A DNA stretch of 16,902 nt from Candidatus Hydrogenedentota bacterium (GCA_034408725.1 JAWXCN010000107.1:1-16902); one strand, 5' to 3'. Shown: positions 1 through 8,303, numbered from the stretch's first letter. Translations and numbers: made by a program. The notes: a model not told the origin generated them from the sequence alone.

Positions 1-757
1 AGGCAACGCCGTGGCACACGCCGATAAAGTTGGTGAGGTAGGCGAGGCGTTCCTGAAGGGTCGTGGTCTTGCGCAACGCCTCGGAAAGCGTGCTGCCTTT
101 CACGAGCTTCATGGTGTAATACGGGCTGCCGTCGGGGCGGACACCGAGTTCGTAGACCGGCACTATGGATGGATGTTCGAGTTGGCCGGTGATTTTCGCT
201 TCCTGAATGAAGCGGTACAGCAGACCGGCGGATTGGCGGATGGGCGTCGGCGTATCGGTCTTGATGGACTCGCCGGGCAACAGTTCTTTCAGGATAATGT
301 CTCGCCCGATCTGCTCGTCGTGAACCAGAAGCAGGCGGCCCTGCCCTCCGCGCGCGTGCTCGGACTTGAGCGAGTAGCGTCCGGGCGCCTCCAGAACTCG
401 GGGCAATTCAATTCCGGGCGCGGAATCCGGCGACATCAGGGCCGTATCGCCGCCCGTTTCCTGTATGGTCGCGGCAGTGGCATGCGCGTCGAGTTGCGAG
501 TAGCCGAAACGTACTTCCGCGAAAGTTTCGAGCGTCTTGGCGACGTCGCCGCCGTGGAGCGATACGGCTTCGTTTACGAAGCGCTGGATGGCTTCGAGGT
601 CACGGGCGGAGATTGCGCGTGCGTTGATCAGGCGTTTAGGCAGGTCTTGCGATGGGTCTACCGCCCAGGCAGCAGCGGCTTCCATGACTTGCGCGGGTGT
701 GGCCTTGCGCAGTTGCACGGCAAACACACCAAAGAGCAGATTGCGTTCGCGTTCCAC
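1..757 (-). CDS. Hanks-type serine/threonine protein kinase, 5' part (runs off the left edge)
   Basis: Not in the ORF track. Manual translation from GTG at 757 (GGAG upstream) is open to the edge: MERERNLLFGVFAVQL...GRYSLKSEHARGGQGRLLLVHDEQIGRDIILKELL...RFIQEAKITGQLEHPSIVPVYELGVRPDGSPYYTMKLVKG...FIGVCHGVA. This covers kinase subdomains I to VIa: Gly loop, catalytic Lys, alphaC Glu and HPxIV. Confidence 0.93.
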   Translation of the reverse strand, partial: MERERNLLFGVFAVQLRKATPAQVMEAAAAWAVDPSQDLPKRLINARAISARDLEAIQRFVNEAVSLHGGDVAKTLETFAEVRFGYSQLDAHATAATIQETGGDTALMSPDSAPGIELPRVLEAPGRYSLKSEHARGGQGRLLLVHDEQIGRDIILKELLPGESIKTDTPTPIRQSAGLLYRFIQEAKITGQLEHPSIVPVYELGVRPDGSPYYTMKLVKGSTLSEALRKTTTLQERLAYLTNFIGVCHGVA

Positions 758-808
758 CGGAGTAGTCTCCAAGTTACCACATTGAATGCAACCCAAGCTC
801 CGTGAATA

Positions 809-837
809 AGTGTATCACAAGAGTGTTTTTCCGTCCA
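809..837 (-). promoter_or_regulatory. Putative sigma70-type promoter for the kinase gene
   Basis: Minus strand reads TGGACG-N17-TACACT with a TGn extended -10 (TGA-TACACT), about 50 nt upstream of the GTG. Confidence 0.5.
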
Positions 838-943
838 GTAGCGTATGGATGCGATACAGGAGGGACTCCCATTTACAAATGCGGGCTACGATGGAAACCA
901 CGTATCCAGCCTTTAAGTTAGCGAACTGTGATAAACAGCCACA

Positions 944-966
944 GCGGCGGCCTTGGGGGCCGCCGC
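944..966. repeat. Perfect GC-rich inverted repeat (terminator-like or REP-like hairpin)
   Basis: GCGGCGGCC-TTGGG-GGCCGCCGC, a 9-bp stem, 65 nt downstream of the permease stop. There is no immediate U tract, so intrinsic termination is uncertain. Confidence 0.6.
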
Positions 967-1031
967 AGTCCAAATAGGCTTCTACCTAAAACGTGGTTTT
1001 GGGGGAAGGACCATTTGGGCTTCTTCCCGAT

Positions 1032-1973
1032 TCAGAACTCCTTTAACTTCCCCGCTCGCCGCTTGCGCCAATTATCTGTAAATACCAGGGCAACGATCAG
1101 GACTCCGATAATAATGCGTTGCAACTCGTTGGGCACGCCTTGAAGCTGGCACACATTTACCAGCACCCCGATGATTAGCGCGCCCAACAGCGCCCCGATG
1201 GCGCCGCCTTCCCCGCCCATCAGGCTCGCGCCACCGACGACGCACGCGGCGATGGCGTCGAGTTCGGCGCCCTCGGCGGCGGTCGGGTCGCAGACACCGG
1301 ACCGGCTGGCGATGATGATCCCGCCCATGCCAGCGAGCGCGCCGCACAGCGCATAGGCGCCGAGTCGCACCCGGTCCACGTTGATGCCGGACAATCGCGC
1401 GCCGCCGAGGTTTCCGCCTGTTGCATAGAGCTGGCGGCCAAATCGAGAGTAGCTCAGCATGATCGCAAAGATGCCGACCAGCGAAATCGCGACGAGAAAC
1501 GGCACCGCCCAGTTCGTTCCGCCGCCGATCCATTTGAAGGAATCAGACAGGCCGGAAATGCGCGAACCTTTGGAGAGCCCGAGCGCGGCGCCGCGCGCGG
1601 CGAGCATCATGCCGAGTGTAACGATAAATGGCGGGATGCGGCCTTTTGTGATGAGGATGCCGTTTACAGCGCCGCACAGGAAACCCGTGAAAATGCCAAA
1701 CGTGTAACCAACCGGCACGGGGCATCCGAAGTCTTTGATCGCTTTTCCGGTGATCATCTGCGCAAGCGCCGCGACGCTGCCGACCGAGAGATCGATGCCC
1801 GCGGTCAAAATCACGAGCACCTGTCCGACCGACATCACCACCGTCGGACTGATGCGCCGCGCAAGATTCTTTAGATTACCGGGCGTCGTAAAATCGGGAA
1901 AATACACTGCCAGCCCGATGCAAATAGCGCCCATCAGGATGATCAAAACGTTCTTGGAGATGAATCGCTTCAT
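1032..1973 (-). CDS. Monosaccharide ABC transporter permease (RbsC/BPD_transp_2 family)
   Basis: Hydrophobic 313-aa protein with family motifs LVILTAGIDLSVGS, IPPFIVTLGM, GRQLYATGGN..GARLSGINV and ELDAIAACVVGGASLMGGEG. Confidence 0.93.
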   Translation of the reverse strand: MKRFISKNVLIILMGAICIGLAVYFPDFTTPGNLKNLARRISPTVVMSVGQVLVILTAGIDLSVGSVAALAQMITGKAIKDFGCPVPVGYTFGIFTGFLCGAVNGILITKGRIPPFIVTLGMMLAARGAALGLSKGSRISGLSDSFKWIGGGTNWAVPFLVAISLVGIFAIMLSYSRFGRQLYATGGNLGGARLSGINVDRVRLGAYALCGALAGMGGIIIASRSGVCDPTAAEGAELDAIAACVVGGASLMGGEGGAIGALLGALIIGVLVNVCQLQGVPNELQRIIIGVLIVALVFTDNWRKRRAGKLKEF

Positions 1974-1976
1974 GCG

Positions 1977-3002
1977 TTACATCGGCAGGGCCACCGGTTT
2001 GCCATCCTGTCCGGAACGGTCCGCGGCGAAACAGGCCTCGTGCGATTTGTACGCGTCGGCGATGTTGCAGTGCGACTCCTTGTTTTCGAGAATGCACTCG
2101 ACCAGATGCGCCGCCTCGTGTACGAATGGATGGTGCGTGACGTCGCCGCTGTCGGGCATGATCGTCGGCACCGTTGCCCATGTGGTTTGGCCCTTGAATT
2201 TCTTTTTGGAAAAAATCTGGTTGTTCTTGATCGTGCCGTGCGCGCCGACGAGATTGATGTTGAACACGTAGGGTTGGATGCATTCGATGCACGACGCGAC
2301 CTTGCCGATTCGGCCATCAGTGAATTTCACCATCGTGCAGGTGGTCGGCGGATATTCGTAGCCGGCGAAGTCCGCGCCCTTGCCGTAAGTCGCGTACTGA
2401 AACACTTCCGCGATGTCGCCGCCCATGAACCAGCGCAACGCGTCCATCGCATGGCAACCCGCGGACAGCAGCGAGCTGACGCCTACGTCTTTTTTTATGT
2501 TCCAGCCAAACTGCTTGTACCACGGGCCAATCCCGTGGAAGTAGTCCACCTCGCCCATCATAATGTCGCCGATGAGATCGTCCGCGAGTTGCGCCTTGAT
2601 GATCTCGAACAACGGATTAAATCGCAGCACGAAACTAACTACCGATTTCACGCCCGCTTTCGCTACAGCGTCGCGTATCGCGCGCGAATCCTCCAGCGTC
2701 GTCGCCATCGCCTTCTCGAGCATCAAATGCTTGCCCGCCTGCGCCGCGGTCACCGCTTCGTTCTTATGCACATGCGGCGGCGTGGCAATCGAAATGATGT
2801 TTACATCCGGATGCGCGAGCATTTTCTCAAAGTCGGTGAAAATATCGCATTGAATGCCGCACTCCACGGCCTTCGCATTCGCGCCTTCTTCGGTGCGGCC
2901 GCATAGCGCCACGACCTTCGTATGCGGACTTGCTTCGAACGCGCGCACGTGCTCGCCCGACACCCATCCCGTCCCAACAATCCCAACACCCATCTGCGGC
3001 AT
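1977..3002 (-). CDS. Gfo/Idh/MocA family NAD(P)-dependent oxidoreductase
   Basis: N-terminal Rossmann motif GIVGTGWV, IATPPHVH, GKHLMLEKAM (EKP-like), RFNP and GCHAMD. AGGAG RBS upstream of the ATG at 3002. Confidence 0.92.
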   Translation of the reverse strand: MPQMGVGIVGTGWVSGEHVRAFEASPHTKVVALCGRTEEGANAKAVECGIQCDIFTDFEKMLAHPDVNIISIATPPHVHKNEAVTAAQAGKHLMLEKAMATTLEDSRAIRDAVAKAGVKSVVSFVLRFNPLFEIIKAQLADDLIGDIMMGEVDYFHGIGPWYKQFGWNIKKDVGVSSLLSAGCHAMDALRWFMGGDIAEVFQYATYGKGADFAGYEYPPTTCTMVKFTDGRIGKVASCIECIQPYVFNINLVGAHGTIKNNQIFSKKKFKGQTTWATVPTIMPDSGDVTHHPFVHEAAHLVECILENKESHCNIADAYKSHEACFAADRSGQDGKPVALPM

Positions 3003-3020
3003 AATTGAATTCTCCTATCC

Positions 3021-3047
3021 CACCACGAAGACACGAAGCACACGAAG
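3021..3047. repeat. Short direct repeat CACGAAG x3
   Basis: CACCACGAAG-A-CACGAAG-CA-CACGAAG, with units at 3024, 3032 and 3041. Confidence 0.85.
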
Positions 3048-3094
3048 GAAAAGTTAAAATGTCTAATTTCAATCTCGACCTGATTTCTGAACTC

Positions 3095-3125
3095 AATCGA
3101 AAATCCAAAATCTAAAATCTAAAAT
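3095..3125. repeat. Heptamer tandem repeat AATCNAA x4 plus a partial unit
   Basis: AATCGAA AATCCAA AATCTAA AATCTAA AAT, ending 5 nt from the isomerase stop codon. Confidence 0.9.
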
Positions 3126-3130
3126 TGGGT

Positions 3131-4552
3131 TCATCCCTGGTGCCAATAGCATTCCCAGCCTAAATACGTCGTGAACGCATCATGTATCGCCCTTGCATGC
3201 TGGCTGTGGTTCGCGGCGACGTGATGTTCAAACCCGTTGTGGCAGATGTATCGCAGCAAGGTTTGCAACCCCTGTACTTTCGCTACGCCGAATCCGCCGA
3301 AGGTTTCGATCGGGTCATCGGTGAATTCGCCTTCGCCGACATACCCGCTGATGATGCCTTCGTTGTCGAAGGTGCTGACGCGGCAGTATGTCATCGGTTG
3401 TGATTTGATGCGGCCATAGATTGTGCCGTAGGTGTTTTCCTTGCCGACGGTGCCGGCGATGATCTCCTGATACTCCATGCGCGTCGAATTGAAACAACTC
3501 TTCGGCAGGTTCGAACAGTGGAAGCACACGCACTTGTCCGGGTCGTCGCCGTAGTTGTTGTTCCAATCCAGCAGGAAACTTGGCGAACCCGAAGCCAGCG
3601 CGAGCGCCTGCATGCTCACCGTGCCCGCGACGTCCGTCTCGCACGCGGACGACAGCAAATCGTTGCTCATCATGCTCATCACCGTACAGGGCACGACGCC
3701 GAACCATTCTTCCATGCTGGTCCAGCATTGGATGGCGGTGGCATCGAGATCGAGCCGTTCCATCCATTCGCTAATGATTGTCGCCAACTTGGCCATCTTG
3801 ATCAGCGCTTGATTCGGAACGCCTTTGGTGTCCGTATAACCGTTGATCGCCGCGATACGGTCTTTAATGCGCGCATCACCATCTTCCATGCGCGCGGCCT
3901 TCGCGAAGACTTCGGAAAGATCGAGCGTTTCAACCGTGATGCCGCTTTCCTGCAACAATTTTTCGCTGTAGCGCACCGTGTTGAACGCCGCGGGCCGCGC
4001 TCCCAGCGCGCCGATCCTGCACGAGCGCAATCCGCGCACCACGCGGCACGTCGCCGCGAATGTATGGATTTCATTCTCGAACGCCGGCGTGTTCGGGTCC
4101 ATCGTATGCCGCGCAGTAATGGAAAACGGGATGCCGTATTGTTTGAGGTTGTTGCACACGCTCATCTTTCCGCAAAAGGAATCTCGCCGATGCTTGATCG
4201 ACATCTTCGCAGGGTCGTCCTGCCACGCGTGAACCAAGATGGGCACATGTAGCCCGGCCATCTTCAACGTGTCCGCGACACCGCGCTCGTCGCCGAAATT
4301 CGGGAGCGTAACAATGACGCCGTCGATCTGCTCACAATGCTTCTTGAACAGTTCCGCGCACTTCTTCGCATCGTCCCAGGTCTCGACACTGCCGAATTTT
4401 GTGTCGTCCGAAGTCAATACTACGACGGTGTATCCGAGCCGCGCGAGCAGCCCCGTGATGACCTCATATCCCTCGCTGGCGAGCACGTCGGGGAAGAACC
4501 CCCGGTTACCGACAATGACTCCAAAACATGCAGACTTTGCGTGTGCTGGCAT
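3131..4552 (-). CDS. L-fucose/L-arabinose isomerase family sugar isomerase (473 aa)
   Basis: Start revised to the ATG at 4552 (MPAHAKSACFGVIVGNRGFFP), which has GGAG upstream. Motifs RRDSFCGK, AIQCW, ACETD (metal Glu), LLDWNN (metal Asp), FHCSN and GFEHH (metal His) match the FucI/AraA-type Mn site. Substrate unknown. Confidence 0.88.
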   Translation of the reverse strand: MPAHAKSACFGVIVGNRGFFPDVLASEGYEVITGLLARLGYTVVVLTSDDTKFGSVETWDDAKKCAELFKKHCEQIDGVIVTLPNFGDERGVADTLKMAGLHVPILVHAWQDDPAKMSIKHRRDSFCGKMSVCNNLKQYGIPFSITARHTMDPNTPAFENEIHTFAATCRVVRGLRSCRIGALGARPAAFNTVRYSEKLLQESGITVETLDLSEVFAKAARMEDGDARIKDRIAAINGYTDTKGVPNQALIKMAKLATIISEWMERLDLDATAIQCWTSMEEWFGVVPCTVMSMMSNDLLSSACETDVAGTVSMQALALASGSPSFLLDWNNNYGDDPDKCVCFHCSNLPKSCFNSTRMEYQEIIAGTVGKENTYGTIYGRIKSQPMTYCRVSTFDNEGIISGYVGEGEFTDDPIETFGGFGVAKVQGLQTLLRYICHNGFEHHVAANHSQHARAIHDAFTTYLGWECYWHQG

Positions 4553-4619
4553 GGTCCCGCTGTTCTCCCCAAAAGTGTGATAAAAGAAGGCCCGGTCCGC
4601 CCCGCCGGGAGATGGGTGC

Positions 4620-4648
4620 ATTGTAACGGTGTATTTTTCTGCCTTCAA
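4620..4648 (-). promoter_or_regulatory. Putative sigma70 promoter of the isomerase operon
   Basis: Minus strand reads TTGAAG-N17-TACAAT, about 67 nt upstream of the ATG at 4552. Confidence 0.65.
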
Positions 4649-4674
4649 ACACCGCAAGCCACTCCAAAAGATAG

Positions 4675-4691
4675 AATAAATTGAATTTATT
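4675..4691. promoter_or_regulatory. Perfect 17-bp palindrome, candidate transcription-factor operator
   Basis: AATAAATT-G-AATTTATT, lying between the two divergent promoters. Confidence 0.5.
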
Positions 4692-4703
4692 GAATATAGT
4701 TCT

Positions 4704-4731
4704 TTGTTTTCGGAGTATTGTAAGGTATAAT
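4704..4731 (+). promoter_or_regulatory. Putative sigma70 promoter of the histidine kinase
   Basis: Perfect TATAAT at 4726-4731 with a weak TTGTTT -35 at a 16-nt spacing. Confidence 0.5.
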
Positions 4732-4743
4732 TCTCTGGGGAAC

Positions 4744-7110
4744 ATGACCGTGAACGACCGTCTCGACCGGGGATCACCCGGCAAGCAGTATCGCTGGCTC
4801 GCGCTGACGCTTATCATTTCAGGCGTTGTCGTCTTCCTGTTGTCTTTTTACCCGAACATGTTTCTGAAAAATGAACTCGTAGGCGACGCTTTTGAATTGG
4901 TGGGGACGGCGGGGCTCGTATTCGGGGTAAGCGTGTTTGTTGGCCAATTGAGCCGCAGCACGTACGCAACCGGCTTGTATCTCGGCGGCTGCTTTCTGCT
5001 GACCCTCGCGCGGTTCCTGGATTTTACGGAAGAGATCAACGGCCTTTCGGGCGTGTTCCTGGTCGGCGACAATGGGCTGGGACATGATCTCGCCATGCGG
5101 ATGAGCGAAAGCGTCGGTTATATCGGCTTGCTTCTGTCCATGCTCGCATTGATGCACGAACTGTCGCGCATGATGTTGAACGCCGAGGAAGAAGGTCGGC
5201 GCTACAAGAGTCTCCATCAAGCCAGCCAATATCTCACGCGCGTGGCGGACATGACGGCGGACGCGGTTTTTGCCGTGGATGATGCCGGCAGTGTACAGAC
5301 GTGGAACAAAGGGGCCGAGCGGCTATTTCAATTCAGCAAAGAGCAGGCGCTCGGCAAGGATTTACGCCATCTGTTAGTGACCGGCCTCGGGGACGTCCAG
5401 GACGGCGTCGCGGCGTGGGCAACGAACAGCGCGTCCCGTCAGGAGATTGACGTTACCGCGCGTAGCGCCAGCGGCGTGGAATTCGCGGCGGGGGCGAGTT
5501 TTTCGCCCATCTACGGAGATGACGGCGCCATCCTCGGCGTGAGCGTGGTTGTGCGCAATATTGAAGTGCGCAAGCGCGCGGAACGGGAGTTGGTTGCTTC
5601 GCACCGGATGCTTTCAGGCGCGTTGCACGCCGCCGATGTCGGGATGTTTGTGTTAAACCGGCAGGGCAGCGCGATCGAGTTCAATGCGCGGATGCAGGAA
5701 TTGACGGGGATCACACTGGCCACAATCGAAGCGGACACGCTGCAAACGATCGCGAAAGACCTCCTTGAAGACCCTGAATCCTTCATTTCGGCGATATATG
5801 ATCGGGTGCTGAAACTTGGCAAGCACGTCGAGCTGCGGAACATCAGACTTCGCAGGCCGGACGGAAGTTTGCGCATTTGCAATGGGGCCATTGCGCCCGT
5901 GATGGACGAGAACGGTTCCGTCATCGCCGCGGCGGGCGTCGTGGTTGACATTACCGAGCGGGAAGCGTTGCAGTCACGGCTGCTTGAGGCGCAAAAGATG
6001 GACAGTGTTGGCCGTCTTGCGGGCGGCATTGCGCACGACTTCAACAACATCTTGACGGGAGTATTGGGATACGCCACATTGGCCAAGCAGGCGACGCAGC
6101 CCGAATCTCCCGTGATGAAACATCTTGCCCAGATCGAGGCGTCGGCGGTGCGCGCGTCGGAACTCACGCACCAACTGCTTACGTTTGCGCGCGGCGGTTC
6201 GCGCAACGAAACAAAACTCGCCTTACACCCGATTATCGATGAGACCGTGAAGTTGGTGGCGCATTCAATCAACCCCAACGTGAAGATTTCGTTCACCTCC
6301 GGCGACACCCTGGATCAAGTGAGCGCCGATCCCGCGCAGATACACCAGCTTTTGATGAACCTGTTCCTCAACGCGCGCGACGCGATCGATTTCGCGGGGG
6401 AAATCCGCGTGATGGCCCAAAACATCGAAGTGACCGACGCCGACCGCGAGAAACTCCAGATTGCGTCGCCTGGCCGATACGTGCGCATTCGTGTCGAGGA
6501 CACGGGGCGGGGAATAGCGCCGGAAGTGGTTGCGCGCATATTCGAACCGTTTTTCTCGACGAAGAAGCAGGGCCAGGCGTATGGATTGGGCTTGTCCGTA
6601 GTTTACGGTATTGTTCACTCTCACCGCGGCGCCATCACCGTGAACTCGGCCCTTGGCGAGGGCTCGACGTTTGATGTGTACCTTCCTTCCGCCGGCCAGG
6701 TGGTTGTTCAACCCAAACCCGAGAATGGGACGATTGTGAAACGCGAACGGGATACGATTCTGGTTGTGGACGATGAGCAACTGCTGCGCGCAGTATTGCA
6801 GGACATTCTCGAGATGTCGGGCTACGACGTTATCCAGGCTTCCACCGGCGAAGAAGCTATCGAAGTGTATCAATCGCGCGGCAAAGACATATCGCTCGTG
6901 ATTATGGATGTCGTGATGCCGGGAATGGGTGGTGCACGGGCGCTCGACGAACTCTGGAAAATAAACCCAGATCTGCGTTGTGTCGTGTCGAGCGGGTTCG
7001 GTGGCGAGGCCATCAACGAAAACCACCACAGCCAGTTTCTCCGGTTTGTGCCAAAACCCTTCAGCACGACCAACGTGACCAGCGCCATCCACGATTTGCT
7101 TCACGCCTAG
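4744..7110 (+). CDS. Membrane-bound hybrid sensor histidine kinase (TM region, PAS, PAS, HisKA, HATPase, receiver)
   Basis: Start revised to ATG 4744 (GTG 4750 is an alternative). About four N-terminal hydrophobic segments; PAS motifs WNKGAERLFQF and FNARMQELTG; H-box AGGIAHDFNNIL; N-box NLFLNARDA; G1 DTGRGI; F-box IFEPFFSTK; receiver ILVVDDE, IMDVVMPGM and KPF. Confidence 0.95.
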   Translation: MTVNDRLDRGSPGKQYRWLALTLIISGVVVFLLSFYPNMFLKNELVGDAFELVGTAGLVFGVSVFVGQLSRSTYATGLYLGGCFLLTLARFLDFTEEINGLSGVFLVGDNGLGHDLAMRMSESVGYIGLLLSMLALMHELSRMMLNAEEEGRRYKSLHQASQYLTRVADMTADAVFAVDDAGSVQTWNKGAERLFQFSKEQALGKDLRHLLVTGLGDVQDGVAAWATNSASRQEIDVTARSASGVEFAAGASFSPIYGDDGAILGVSVVVRNIEVRKRAERELVASHRMLSGALHAADVGMFVLNRQGSAIEFNARMQELTGITLATIEADTLQTIAKDLLEDPESFISAIYDRVLKLGKHVELRNIRLRRPDGSLRICNGAIAPVMDENGSVIAAAGVVVDITEREALQSRLLEAQKMDSVGRLAGGIAHDFNNILTGVLGYATLAKQATQPESPVMKHLAQIEASAVRASELTHQLLTFARGGSRNETKLALHPIIDETVKLVAHSINPNVKISFTSGDTLDQVSADPAQIHQLLMNLFLNARDAIDFAGEIRVMAQNIEVTDADREKLQIASPGRYVRIRVEDTGRGIAPEVVARIFEPFFSTKKQGQAYGLGLSVVYGIVHSHRGAITVNSALGEGSTFDVYLPSAGQVVVQPKPENGTIVKRERDTILVVDDEQLLRAVLQDILEMSGYDVIQASTGEEAIEVYQSRGKDISLVIMDVVMPGMGGARALDELWKINPDLRCVVSSGFGGEAINENHHSQFLRFVPKPFSTTNVTSAIHDLLHA

Positions 7111-7132
7111 GGGTTGCGGGCATACTCCCGCA

Positions 7133-8176
7133 ATGATAAATCCGCCGCTTCCCGAAACAATCGAAACCGTAGAATCGCTGGAAGAGCTCATGACGCGCCC
7201 GGCGGTGCGGCTCGTCGAATCCATGCGCGCGCTGACGGGCGACATTGTCATCCTCGGCGTCGGCGGGAAAATGGGCCCGTCCCTTGCCGTGCTTGCGGCG
7301 CGCGCGGTTGAGGCGTCTGGCGTCGCTCGCCGCATTACCGCGGTTTCGACATTCTCCCAATCGCATGTCCGCGCCGAACTTGAAACGCACGGCGTCGTCA
7401 CGCACCAGGCAGACGTGCTCGCGCCCGGCGCAGTTGACTCTTTGCCGGAAGCCGAGAACGTCCTCTACATGATCGGACGAAAGTTTGGATCAACTGGCGC
7501 GGAGTGGGATACGTGGGCCACGAACGTGTTTGCCGCGGGACTGTGCGCGAGGCGCTTTGCTAAGTCGCGCATCGTTGCGTTTTCATCGGGAAACATTTAT
7601 CCGTTTGTTCCAATTGAGGGAGGCGGCGCGACTGAGTCCACCGCGCCGAATCCCGTCGGTGAGTACGCCATGACGGGGCTGGGGCGCGAGCGCATGTTTG
7701 ACCATGCCGCGCACCAGTATGGCACGCAGGTTCTGCATTACCGCCTGAACTACGCGGTGGAACTGCGTTACGGCGTGATTCTGGACGTCGCGCAAAAAGT
7801 TTGGAACGGCGAACCCATCGACGTGACAATGGGCTATGCGAACTGCATCTGGCAGGGACATGCGAACGCGGTTGCGTTGCAGTGTCTTCCTCTGGCGAGT
7901 TCGCCGCCCACAATATTGAATGTGACGGGAATCGAGCGCATTTCGATTCGCGAACTCGCGGCGCGCATGGGGGCGCTCATGGGCAAGACCCCGCGGATAA
8001 CCGGCGCGGAAGCCAAGACCGCGCTGTTGAGCAACGCCTCGAAGTGCCACGAACTGTTCGGCGCGCCCGACGTTAATCTGGAGACCCTTTATCGCTGGGT
8101 TGCGCACTGGATTCAGCACGGCGGAAAAACGCTGTCGAAACCAACACACTTCGAGACGAGGGACGGAAAGTTCTGA
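7133..8176 (+). CDS. NAD-dependent epimerase/dehydratase (extended SDR-like)
   Basis: ILGVGGKMG nucleotide-binding motif, FSSGNIY, GEYAMTGLGRE, RLNYA and LNVTG. Confidence 0.88.
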   Translation: MINPPLPETIETVESLEELMTRPAVRLVESMRALTGDIVILGVGGKMGPSLAVLAARAVEASGVARRITAVSTFSQSHVRAELETHGVVTHQADVLAPGAVDSLPEAENVLYMIGRKFGSTGAEWDTWATNVFAAGLCARRFAKSRIVAFSSGNIYPFVPIEGGGATESTAPNPVGEYAMTGLGRERMFDHAAHQYGTQVLHYRLNYAVELRYGVILDVAQKVWNGEPIDVTMGYANCIWQGHANAVALQCLPLASSPPTILNVTGIERISIRELAARMGALMGKTPRITGAEAKTALLSNASKCHELFGAPDVNLETLYRWVAHWIQHGGKTLSKPTHFETRDGKF

Positions 8177-8303
8177 TAGCTGGCTACCATTCCAGCGTGT
8201 AAGGCCGCGCTTCGCGAGGGGACTCTGGTGTAGTACGCGGTCTGTCTTGTATGATTCTTCGTTCGGACACACTTCCCTTTTTCAGGTTTTCGAAAGGAAT
8301 TTC

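Noticed and set aside
11..805. 264-aa plus-strand ORF
   Set aside because: Antisense shadow of the minus-strand kinase, which carries the recognisable motifs.
3021..3125. Possible CRISPR array or iterons
   Set aside because: Units are only 7-9 nt with no spacers, and there are no cas or rep genes nearby.
4553..4777. N-terminal extensions of the isomerase (to 4777) and histidine kinase (from 4681) in the ORF track
   Set aside because: They overlap each other across the AT-rich promoter region. The starts at 4552 and 4744 fit the promoters and protein motifs better.
8100..8303. 68-aa N-terminal extension of YchF
   Set aside because: It overlaps the epimerase gene. YchF proteins start just before the P-loop, and an RBS precedes ATG 8304.
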